Assembly (NCBI GenBank): GCA_020743075.1
Contig: DYVS01000149.1
Coordinates: 8,159 to 72,158, forward strand
Source of the DNA: Butyricimonas virosa
GTDB taxonomy: Bacteria; Bacteroidota; Bacteroidia; Bacteroidales; Marinifilaceae
Direction of reading: 5' to 3'
Length of the DNA stretch: 64,000 nt
Shown: piece by piece, positions 36,230-43,943 of the stretch
Numbering within the stretch: position 1 is the first letter of the stretch
How the letters are laid out: the number at the start of each line of letters is the position of its first letter
Made by a program: the position numbers and the translations under genes
Notes under the pieces: model-generated
Databases searched by the model: none
Told to the model about the DNA's origin: nothing
Seen by the model: the letters and a program-made list of their open reading frames with translations, nothing else

Positions 36230-36637
36230 CGGCACGTGAAGGTGTGCCACGAAAATATTACGAACTAGTTCATTGTTCAGCAGAAATCGCCAGTTTCAAA
36301 TTTGAATAATCAAATGAGCTAGTTGGGCTTCCTATACGGTGGCTTGGCTAGTAGTTTGATTGTTAGGTCTCTGGCGATTCCTTGCTGACAGCGAACGTTA
36401 AGCCACTTTTTTATGGATAACGAAACAAAACAAGTTATAATCGACATCTCGCCCCTCGTGATCAGCGAGAGGTTCGATATATGGTACTTGTTAGAAGTGC
36501 CTGTTGATCCCGCTCTGGTTTTAGAGAAATACCCCGTGTGTGATAATTGACGTACTATGCTAGATGTGCCGCATGGCGAGTGATGCAAGTTAGAGTGGCA
36601 ACGTAGCGGCTTCTGGAAACGGGGGCCGCTTTTTTTA
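36230..36637 (+). ncRNA. candidate large structured ncRNA (about 400 nt)
   Basis: -7 box TATCTTTG at 36217-36224; terminator AGCGGC-N14-GCCGCT plus T7 at 36605-36637; helices 36278-36293/36371-36387 and 36309-36322/36348-36360, crossing helix GTGGCTT 36339-36345/AAGCCAC 36400-36406, ATCGA-CTCGC...GCGAG-TCGAT around 36440-36477; no credible ORF. Confidence 0.5.
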
Positions 36638-36739
36638 TATAGACTAATTTTAAATTTATAATCAAATAAACTTTTGTTATTTGCTATCGTATAATATACC
36701 ACTATGTGAAAGTAGCATTGGATAATAAAATAAATTTGC

Positions 36740-36766
36740 TATATTTGATAAATGATTATACATTTG
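36740..36766 (+). promoter_or_regulatory. tandem -7 boxes for the 36790 unit
   Basis: TATATTTG (36740-36747) and TACATTTG (36759-36766) upstream of ATG 36790. Confidence 0.45.
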
Positions 36767-36789
36767 CGCACCAATTTTAATAATATATT

Positions 36790-37389
36790 ATGGAAAGCGT
36801 TGCATTACAATATATTGTAGATAATTGGCCAACATTTGCCATCATCTTCATCGTTAGCATCACGTGTTATCGTATAGCAAGAAAATTCACGAAATGGGAA
36901 GATAAGCACAATAACATGCATAATGACAACGACAAGGAACACGACAAACTTATTGAATTGGTTAATAAAGCTCTATTTAAAATTGACACCCTTGAAAGAT
37001 TTCTTATAAAAAGAGGTGGGGCTGACTATGATGAGTTCACCAGAATGAATAGCCCTAGACAACTAAATGAAAAGGGACGTAAATTATTTAACGAGAGTGG
37101 AGCAAACGATTTCTTTGAAAACAACAAGCAACCTCTACTTCGTTTGTTAAATTCTGAAATATCAGAAATGAGAAACAAAACAGCATTAGATGTTGATTCT
37201 TGTGCGGCAAGGATATGTTTCAGTGTATCTAACAATAAAGATTTCAAAAAAATCAAAGATTTCGTGTACACTCATCCAGTATTTGAAGGCACGAATATAA
37301 CCATTAACACTATTACTATGTTAATGGGTATCGAGTTAAGAAATGAATACTTGAAATTGCATCCAGAGATAGATCCGATGTCTGAATAA
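36790..37389 (+). CDS. membrane-anchored hypothetical protein
   Basis: 199 aa; N-terminal TM (WPTFAIIFIVSITCY) then a soluble helical domain. Confidence 0.5.
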   Translation: MESVALQYIVDNWPTFAIIFIVSITCYRIARKFTKWEDKHNNMHNDNDKEHDKLIELVNKALFKIDTLERFLIKRGGADYDEFTRMNSPRQLNEKGRKLFNESGANDFFENNKQPLLRLLNSEISEMRNKTALDVDSCAARICFSVSNNKDFKKIKDFVYTHPVFEGTNITINTITMLMGIELRNEYLKLHPEIDPMSE

Positions 37390-37455
37390 AATATTTTAGC
37401 ATCAAAGTGATACATGAACTTTTAAAATACTGCCAATAACCTAAAATTAAAATTT

Positions 37456-37728
37456 ATGGAAGAAGAATATATCGAGGATGATAGTATTGACTCTGGAATC
37501 TCTATTAAACTTGGGAAAAGAACGGATAGTTTTGAGATGCTAGAAAGATTGTGCAAAGAAGAAGCTGAAAAATTACGGGCAACCATCGAGGTTCCTGATC
37601 ACGGGAAGGTTTCGGTTCCTTTTTGGACTGCTTACCAGTTCTCTGAACTTATCGGGGTAGCTTATTTTAGCAAGGACAAAAATGGAGAGGTTGTATACGA
37701 GCTAGATTTCTCTGAAACGACGTTATAA
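37456..37728 (+). CDS. hypothetical acidic protein
   Basis: 90-aa ORF followed by a strong terminator. Confidence 0.45.
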   Translation: MEEEYIEDDSIDSGISIKLGKRTDSFEMLERLCKEEAEKLRATIEVPDHGKVSVPFWTAYQFSELIGVAYFSKDKNGEVVYELDFSETTL

Positions 37729-37753
37729 ACTATTTTTATTAGATAATAGTCTA

Positions 37754-37800
37754 AAAGAAAGTGAATCAGGATTGCCGTCTTTAATTCACTTTCTTTTTTT
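37754..37800 (+). terminator. rho-independent terminator ending plus-strand transcription
   Basis: AAAGAAAGTGAAT...ATTCACTTTCTTT stem followed by a T-run. Confidence 0.7.
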
Positions 37801-37802
37801 AT

Positions 37803-37832
37803 ATACCAAAAATAAAGGGGCATCCCGCCCCT
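37803..37832 (-). terminator. rho-independent terminator ending the late operon
   Basis: AGGGGC-N5-GCCCCT hairpin followed on the minus strand by TTTATTTTT. Confidence 0.65.
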
Positions 37833-37982
37833 CTAACACGCCGCCAATCGTGCCACACTTCAAGTAACTGTTTAACCGCTTTCAAACGATAGCGAGCATC
37901 TCCGCTATGATTATAGCAGCGACCCCGGCGATACACTCGTTATCCAGCAAGTCCATTAAATACACTAAATTAGCATCGTTTT

Positions 37983-38429
37983 TCATGTGGCGTGTTTTTC
38001 AAGTTTCACATCTATATCTTTATCGTGACAATCACATATCAATCTCTTGATGGTCGGGAACATCATTTGCGCTATATCCCCGTTAATATAACAAGTCTCT
38101 TCTCCTTCAAGGTCTAGCCCGTTCGCCACGGCAACGTGCACCGACAAGTGATGTAACTCGTGAACGATCAGGTTAAAATACTGTTCCGGGCTTGTTGACA
38201 TGGCGAACACCACCACGGATTCCCGGGAAAAGAAATTACTAAAAGTCAAACCGTTATTCACCTGACCCGTGGATAGATTCATGTACGCCCGCTTCAAGCT
38301 ATAACCATCACACCCGAGATCCCTCAAGGTGTGCATGATCTCGTTCACGTGATACCTGGTGACGGGGTAAAAAGCGGTGACGTGCCACTTTTTACCTTTA
38401 ACGGTGATATTTAACTCCTGCCGGATCAT
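37983..38429 (-). CDS. putative zincin-like metallopeptidase (HExxH)
   Basis: 148 aa from ATG 38429 (ATGA overlap with the upstream stop); LIVHELHHLSVH motif. Confidence 0.45.
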   Translation of the reverse strand: MIRQELNITVKGKKWHVTAFYPVTRYHVNEIMHTLRDLGCDGYSLKRAYMNLSTGQVNNGLTFSNFFSRESVVVFAMSTSPEQYFNLIVHELHHLSVHVAVANGLDLEGEETCYINGDIAQMMFPTIKRLICDCHDKDIDVKLEKHAT

Positions 38430-38848
38430 ATCATGTCTTCCCAGGGTATAGGAATACCCTTGTCTTCTTGTTTGGTTATCCAGCAACGGAACACGCTTTC
38501 CGGTACCCCGTCAACGTCATCAATCTCGTCTTTCACCGCTTTACACAAGTGCAGCTCGTCCTCCACGCTAGACTTCCACCGGTCAGCGAGAATCATGTTC
38601 ATCACGTACACGAAGTTGTAACCAACGTTGTTCTCCAGTGTTACCCCGTTCTTGGATAGCAACTCTTCCGCCTTGTCTTTAGAATACGGCTCTATGTTTT
38701 CCAGTTTTCCGGTGGCGTTGTTCTTTCGCTTCATCTGGCTCACGGCGTACTCGCACGCTCTCTTCGAGAACGAGTACCCGTAATTCCTGAGGTACGCTCT
38801 CATCTCTTGCGGTATGTAGTTAAAACTACTTAATGCCTGTTTACACAT
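38426..38848 (-). CDS. hypothetical protein
   Basis: 140-aa ORF coupled to the HExxH gene. Confidence 0.45.
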   Translation of the reverse strand: MCKQALSSFNYIPQEMRAYLRNYGYSFSKRACEYAVSQMKRKNNATGKLENIEPYSKDKAEELLSKNGVTLENNVGYNFVYVMNMILADRWKSSVEDELHLCKAVKDEIDDVDGVPESVFRCWITKQEDKGIPIPWEDMI

Positions 38849-38899
38849 GATGGTATAATTTTAAGAGGGGCGGTTTCCCGTCCCCCGTTCTACATTTGA

Positions 38900-39139
38900 T
38901 TACATGAAACGTGGGTCGTACCCCGGGAAAAACGGATCAACACGCTCGTTCATGCCCCCGTTCATTCCACCGTTCCATTGTCCCCCGTTCTCACGGTAGC
39001 CCATTTGACCGCCACGTTGCCCGTAACCTTGGCTACCGCCACGTTGTCCCATGCTTTGCCCGATCTTGTTCAGCAACTTGTTGCATCTCTTTATATGATC
39101 TTGCAATTCTTCTCTAAGTTCGATGATTTCTTCATTCAT
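38900..39139 (-). CDS. Gly/Gln-rich small protein
   Basis: 79 aa; coiled-coil N-terminus then GQRGGSQGYGQRGGQMGY low-complexity tail. Confidence 0.4.
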   Translation of the reverse strand: MNEEIIELREELQDHIKRCNKLLNKIGQSMGQRGGSQGYGQRGGQMGYRENGGQWNGGMNGGMNERVDPFFPGYDPRFM

Positions 39140-39150
39140 AACTTGTTGTT

Positions 39151-39582
39151 TTAATCGTTAAAAAACTCTTTTAATTCTTGTATGTCAGCAACAGTGAATT
39201 TCAAGCTGCCCAAATCTCCCACGAGCATATCAAGCATGAAGTTTTGCTGGAGGCTTATCACGGCTTCTCCCTTACCGACAACCATTTTAATCATGCCATG
39301 CTTGTATTCTTTAACGTCCATCTCTTGGAACAACCCGGCTAGAGTGTCAATCATGACATCACTATCAACGGTTCCATCCTCGTTCGCGATAAACAAGAAG
39401 GCGGTGTCCAACCACTTGTTCACCCTGGAATCTTCCCTTGATAACAAGTTGTTGAAGCCGTTCTTGAAAAACGTCCTCGCTTGAGCTTTTTTAGGAAAAA
39501 TAGAATCAATCTTGCTTTCTCCCCACGAGCGAATGGCGTCTTTCACCTCGCCCTTGAACTGGTTAAGGTCTTCTTTTTTCAT
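39151..39582 (-). CDS. hypothetical protein
   Basis: 143-aa ORF. Confidence 0.45.
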   Translation of the reverse strand: MKKEDLNQFKGEVKDAIRSWGESKIDSIFPKKAQARTFFKNGFNNLLSREDSRVNKWLDTAFLFIANEDGTVDSDVMIDTLAGLFQEMDVKEYKHGMIKMVVGKGEAVISLQQNFMLDMLVGDLGSLKFTVADIQELKEFFND

Positions 39583-40103
39583 TTTTTACCTCCCTTGCTT
39601 GAACGTTTCATCTTCTGGTACTCCGAATACGGTATGTCCGGATACTTTTCCTTGTACTCTTGGAAATCACTTATTTCCTTGTCAACCTCCGAGGCTGCCG
39701 ACTTGCGCAACCTTTTTACAAGCGTTAGATGCTTGTCAAGGGCGTCTTTCCCCTCCGGGGAACCCTCCACGACTGGACGCATCATTTGCATGTATTTCGC
39801 TTGCAAGATAGACGTGATGACGTTCTGGCTCTCGACGAATTCCTCGTTACCCGTCACGATCTCGAATTCCTTGTCCGTCATCCCGGACACGATACTATCG
39901 ATCTCGTCCCAAACCGGGGTTTGACTTTGACTCGGGCGTTGCTCTTGTCTCGACATCTGCTCCTTGGCTTGAAGCATCGCCTTCTTCTTTTGCTCGATGG
40001 CCGCCTGCATCCTCTCTAGTTCTTGGAATTGAGATTCCATGTAGCCGGGAGATTGACCCAGTAACGGATCCCCTCCCGTGAAGAAAAAGTTATTTCCTTG
40101 CAT
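39579..40103 (-). CDS. hypothetical protein
   Basis: 174 aa from ATG 40103 (MQGNNFFFTGG...); the longer track ORF would overlap the upstream gene. Confidence 0.45.
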   Translation of the reverse strand: MQGNNFFFTGGDPLLGQSPGYMESQFQELERMQAAIEQKKKAMLQAKEQMSRQEQRPSQSQTPVWDEIDSIVSGMTDKEFEIVTGNEEFVESQNVITSILQAKYMQMMRPVVEGSPEGKDALDKHLTLVKRLRKSAASEVDKEISDFQEYKEKYPDIPYSEYQKMKRSSKGGKK

Positions 40104-40159
40104 GATTTGATAATTTCGTTTTACTTGAACGCTTGCGAGTTCTTCTCTTGCTTGATTGT

Positions 40160-40921
40160 TTAAGCTGGAGTGTTGCCTCCCGTCGTGTTGTTGCGAAAAC
40201 AACAGTAGCTCCCGATACCGGTGATGGTCGGTTCGGTGGGAACCACGACAACACCTTCTACCATCTTGCACGTTTTGCGATCGGTGTAATTGATGCCGGC
40301 GGTGAACGCTTTCTCGATCTCGCACTGGATCAACTTGTCTTGATACGGTCTAACGGCGTTGCTGATGGCAACTTGTGCTTTAAGGTCACACAGCTCCTTG
40401 CGGGTTTCATCGTCCTTGTCACGGGTGTACTTGTACAAGCTAAACAACTCGGCGTTAATCCGGTTGTTAACGGCGTCAATGTTATCCCGGTTTGACTTGT
40501 ACAACCCGAAATCGGCGTCAACCATCGTTTTGTACAGCCCGAATTTCTCCGCCACGTCAACCTCTCTCGAATCAGAGATAGCTTGCATGGATCCAACTTT
40601 CAATCGCCACATCTCGTTCGTGAGAGCGAGAGCGTCCTCGCATCCCTTTTCCCAAGCTTGAAAAGGCGTGGGTGCAACACAACCGGTAGCCCCGCCACCG
40701 TAAGAGTTAATGTTCACGTTACTTGGCACGCTTCCACCCCCGGCCAAGGATGTCCCTCCCCCAAGGATAGAACCGATCCCGCCGTTGTTGCGTCCCCACA
40801 AAGCGGCGGCACCTAAAACCGTACCGATGATTCCCAAGGTGAGCCCGGCATTCGCCCTTTCACGAGTTGAACGACGGTTTTCCCCGCCTTCCTCGTAGAC
40901 TTTCTTCTCGATAATTTCCAT
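40160..40921 (-). CDS. membrane-associated Gly-rich protein
   Basis: 253 aa; TM GLTLGIIGTVLGAAALW then a Gly-rich linker and helical domain. Confidence 0.45.
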   Translation of the reverse strand: MEIIEKKVYEEGGENRRSTRERANAGLTLGIIGTVLGAAALWGRNNGGIGSILGGGTSLAGGGSVPSNVNINSYGGGATGCVAPTPFQAWEKGCEDALALTNEMWRLKVGSMQAISDSREVDVAEKFGLYKTMVDADFGLYKSNRDNIDAVNNRINAELFSLYKYTRDKDDETRKELCDLKAQVAISNAVRPYQDKLIQCEIEKAFTAGINYTDRKTCKMVEGVVVVPTEPTITGIGSYCCFRNNTTGGNTPA

Positions 40922-40973
40922 GATATATTATTTTTATTTCTCCCACTATCGGGATTGAAACAAATTTCGGGAA

Positions 40974-41276
40974 TCACTCGTTGCTAATTAAATTATTGGT
41001 TGCTACATCGTTGCTACATTGTTGATAACAAGTTGACAGGATGAAGGAATGCTTCTTGCGATCGTGCAACGTGTTCTTCAACTTGTTCACCCCTTGACGG
41101 GTCATATTAAGGTACCTCGCCGTCAACGTGTCGGAAAATCCAAGATTGAACAACAAGTTTATCAATATGCTCCTCGCGTCAACGTGTTCTTGCTTCTTGC
41201 TGTAAATTAACTCGTTGTATTCTATCCCGGTCCTGCTCTCTACTATTTTTACCACCTCTCGAAAAATTTTTTCCAT
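40974..41276 (-). CDS. DnaA C-terminal-domain-like HTH protein
   Basis: 100 aa; ...KKQEHVDARSILINLLFNLGFSDTLTARYLNMTRQGV resembles the DnaA domain IV HTH. Confidence 0.45.
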   Translation of the reverse strand: MEKIFREVVKIVESRTGIEYNELIYSKKQEHVDARSILINLLFNLGFSDTLTARYLNMTRQGVNKLKNTLHDRKKHSFILSTCYQQCSNDVATNNLISNE

Positions 41277-41392
41277 TTTTCCTGTTTTTAATGTAACAAA
41301 ATAAAAATCCCGCCGTAAGATTAACCGGAAGAAGTCTTACAGCAGGATTTAATGGGTGGTACTATTACATCAGGGAAGTGAGCTTCTTCCTT

Positions 41393-41773
41393 TTATATTT
41401 TTATCAGCTTGAGTTTACGTAGTATTTTAAGGATGGACGGCACGCTTAACCCGGCTAGCAGGATAACGAGCCACCATAACGACCTCGGGACACGGTATTT
41501 CTCCTTGATCACTTCAACCGGGTAAGGAACACGTATCGTGTCTTGACGGTAAAACGTATCTCTAGCGTACACTTCCTTGTAAACGGTACGCCACCTGTCT
41601 TTAAATATTGTATCCCCCTTCACGATCATGAACACGCTATCCCGAACGTGAACGCTGTCAGTCTTGAAACGGTCAACGTATTCAGTCCTCGTTTCAGTCG
41701 TTTTAACGGGGATGTACTTCACGCTCTTACAACCCGACATCAACAAGATCATTAAAAGTATCGTTGTTTTCAT
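41393..41773 (-). CDS. candidate unimolecular spanin
   Basis: 126 aa; lipoprotein signal LLMILLMSGC plus C-terminal TM LWWLVILLAGLSVPSIL. Confidence 0.45.
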   Translation of the reverse strand: MKTTILLMILLMSGCKSVKYIPVKTTETRTEYVDRFKTDSVHVRDSVFMIVKGDTIFKDRWRTVYKEVYARDTFYRQDTIRVPYPVEVIKEKYRVPRSLWWLVILLAGLSVPSILKILRKLKLIKI

Positions 41774-42083
41774 GCTTTCTATTTTTTACTTCCACTTTAC
41801 AATACTCGGCGTACTCGTTGTAAGCCGCGAACTCGTCCGGCTTTGAATCCCTTTGTCGGAGGATGGCTAACTCTTCAGAAAGAGAGTATCTTTCCCGGAT
41901 CATGCTATTCACCTCTTCATTGTAGTTAATTTTGGTTTCTTCCGGTATTTCATCGACTTCCTCGAAATTACCGGCTGTATCACCCGGTAACAAGGTAGAC
42001 CGTTTGAAATAAGATTCCGTGCCAAGTCGATGAACGAACTTGCCGGAATCGCTATACACTTCTTTGCTCGTGATCTGTATCAT
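41727..42083 (-). CDS. hypothetical protein downstream of the tail fibre gene
   Basis: 118-aa acidic ORF; possible fibre assembly factor judged by position only. Confidence 0.4.
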   Translation of the reverse strand: MIQITSKEVYSDSGKFVHRLGTESYFKRSTLLPGDTAGNFEEVDEIPEETKINYNEEVNSMIRERYSLSEELAILRQRDSKPDEFAAYNEYAEYCKVEVKNRKHENNDTFNDLVDVGL

Positions 42084-42094
42084 GGTTTCTAAAT

Positions 42095-43942
42095 TTAAGC
42101 GGTTGCGAATGTTATCTGTTTAGCGGTTGCGGCCTCGATCAAGGCGTGCCAATCTACCTGCCCCTCGTCTTGAATCTTGTCGTAGACATCTGCATGAACG
42201 GTAACCGTGATTGGTGATGTGTTGGCGGCGTTGGTGATCAGGTATTGCAATGATTCAAGAGAAAGTAATGGAGAATCAGGGAATGAAATACTAGCAGATA
42301 ATTTATATAATAAAGCAGTTTCAAGTAAAATACATTGACTAAACGTATGATCAAAATATGATTTATCTTTTATACTATATACATATATCTGATTTATAAT
42401 TCGTTTTAATTTTTTACAACCATGAAACGCATAAAACATATCATCAGTCCTAATCATTCTAGTTTCATTAATATTATTACCAAAAGATAATCTAAGAACT
42501 TCCAATTTTTGATTAAAAAAGAATGATTCTCTAAAACTAACTATTCTACCATTTGTTTGTGTAATACCCATATTAAATCCAAGATTGGTTCTAAAAGTAG
42601 AACTAGCAAAAATATTATAATAAGATGAAAGCTTATCCATCACATGAGTTTGGAGGTAAATAGTTTTCATCTCCTCCTCCGTTATATCCGTCAACCCGTT
42701 CAGCTCGTAGAATCCAGTTTGCTCGTTATACACGGCCCCGGCGGCAACGTACAAGGCACGGTTTCCTTGCTGGGTGTTGAGAACGGTGGTGAGGTCGTTT
42801 ATACTTGTCGTTAATTCATCTTGCGCTGTCTTGATCTCTTCCACGGTTCCCGCGACGTTGTCCCCCTGCTCCTTGGCGTAATTCGCTTGTGTCGTGGCGT
42901 TTAAAGTGGCCGTCTCGGATTCTGATTTCAACCTGTTGAACTCGGTAACACGTCCTTCTTCTGCTTTTACACGGTTCGTCTCGGATTCTTTTCGTGATTG
43001 CTCGTTCGTGTCACGGGTGTTTTCAGCCGTTTGACGCTCGTTCTCTTTCTCGACACGGGTGTTTTCCGCTGTCACCCTGTTGTTTTCAGTTTCAACCCTC
43101 GATTGCTCGGCTTTCACCCTGTTATCCTCGGCGCTCGCCCTGCCAGTCTCTGCCGTTTCTCTAGCTTCCTCGTTGCTGGCACGGGTATTCTCGGCCTCTC
43201 GTCTCAGGTTCTCGGATTCCTTCCGGGCATTCTCGCTGGAAACACGTGTATTCTCGTTATTGATTCGCTGTTGCTCGTTTGCAGTCACCGCTTTATCAAG
43301 GGTATCCAAGGCATCGATCATGGCTCTAGCCGGCTCCTGTAACTCCTTGATTTGCTCTTCCGTGAAATCGGAATACTCGAAAGCCTTACCACGGGAAGGT
43401 TTGCCCGTGTCAACGTCACCGATCCACCAGTTGCCGTTCTCGCCGATAAACGGGGTTAAGCCGTCCTTGCCCTCTGCAACAACTCCCGTGTCCTCGATAC
43501 CGATCATCCAGCGTTTCGTATCCGGGTCTATTCTCGGTGTCACCCCGTCTTTCCAGTCCCTGTTACGCTCGATAATCCCTTTCAAGTTGATGGACGGTGA
43601 TTCACTCTCGAAACCGGCGTCTTCCTTGCAAGTCAAGTCAACGAGAATGAAAGCGTTGCAGAAGTCAAGGTAGAACTTGTCAATACCGGTCACGCTAGCC
43701 TCGTTCAGCTTCTCGTAATACAGGTGAACCTCGTATTGCCCAGAGGTAGCGTTACCGCCACCAACGAACTCGAATTCAATAATGTTGTCGTGTATCGTTA
43801 AAGGGGGAGATACTTGATAACTGCTGTACTTCCGGTTTATCGTCAACCTCACGTTTCTAGCGTCCGTGAAGTCCTCCGGCTCGTCGTTCAGCCGGTTCAC
43901 CGTTAACTTGAAAAATATGTTTTTGCCTACCCTTATTCTCAT
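42095..43942 (-). CDS. tail fibre / receptor-binding protein with BspA-type LRR C-terminus
   Basis: 615 aa; GVTPRIDP...GENGNWWIGDVDTGKPSRG fibre motif, 15 ExxRxxx heptads, C-terminal LRR-like segment (FHGCKKLKRI, FSQCILLETALLY). Confidence 0.65.
   Translation of the reverse strand: MRIRVGKNIFFKLTVNRLNDEPEDFTDARNVRLTINRKYSSYQVSPPLTIHDNIIEFEFVGGGNATSGQYEVHLYYEKLNEASVTGIDKFYLDFCNAFILVDLTCKEDAGFESESPSINLKGIIERNRDWKDGVTPRIDPDTKRWMIGIEDTGVVAEGKDGLTPFIGENGNWWIGDVDTGKPSRGKAFEYSDFTEEQIKELQEPARAMIDALDTLDKAVTANEQQRINNENTRVSSENARKESENLRREAENTRASNEEARETAETGRASAEDNRVKAEQSRVETENNRVTAENTRVEKENERQTAENTRDTNEQSRKESETNRVKAEEGRVTEFNRLKSESETATLNATTQANYAKEQGDNVAGTVEEIKTAQDELTTSINDLTTVLNTQQGNRALYVAAGAVYNEQTGFYELNGLTDITEEEMKTIYLQTHVMDKLSSYYNIFASSTFRTNLGFNMGITQTNGRIVSFRESFFFNQKLEVLRLSFGNNINETRMIRTDDMFYAFHGCKKLKRIINQIYVYSIKDKSYFDHTFSQCILLETALLYKLSASISFPDSPLLSLESLQYLITNAANTSPITVTVHADVYDKIQDEGQVDWHALIEAATAKQITFATA
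42941..43255 (-). repeat. 15 tandem heptads (E-x-x-R-x-x-x) in the fibre shaft
   Basis: ENTRVSS ENARKES ENLRREA ENTRASN EEARETA ETGRASA EDNRVKA EQSRVET ENNRVTA ENTRVEK ENERQTA ENTRDTN EQSRKES ETNRVKA EEGRVTE. Confidence 0.85.
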
Positions 43943-43943
43943 G

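Noticed and set aside
36319-36702. A 127-aa minus-strand ORF in the 36.2-36.8 kb gap.
   Set aside because: It runs antisense to the flanking transcription units, and its translation is low-complexity and unprotein-like. It spans a promoter-to-terminator unit full of long-range complementary segments, so an ncRNA is the better explanation.
39481-40921. Several long overlapping ORFs on both strands (for example 39481-39924, 39729-40019, 40133-40495, 40330-40596, 40583-40816).
   Set aside because: They overlap better-supported minus-strand genes in operon register and translate to Pro/Arg/Ser-rich low-complexity sequences. They most likely reflect locally higher GC content that reduces stop codon frequency.
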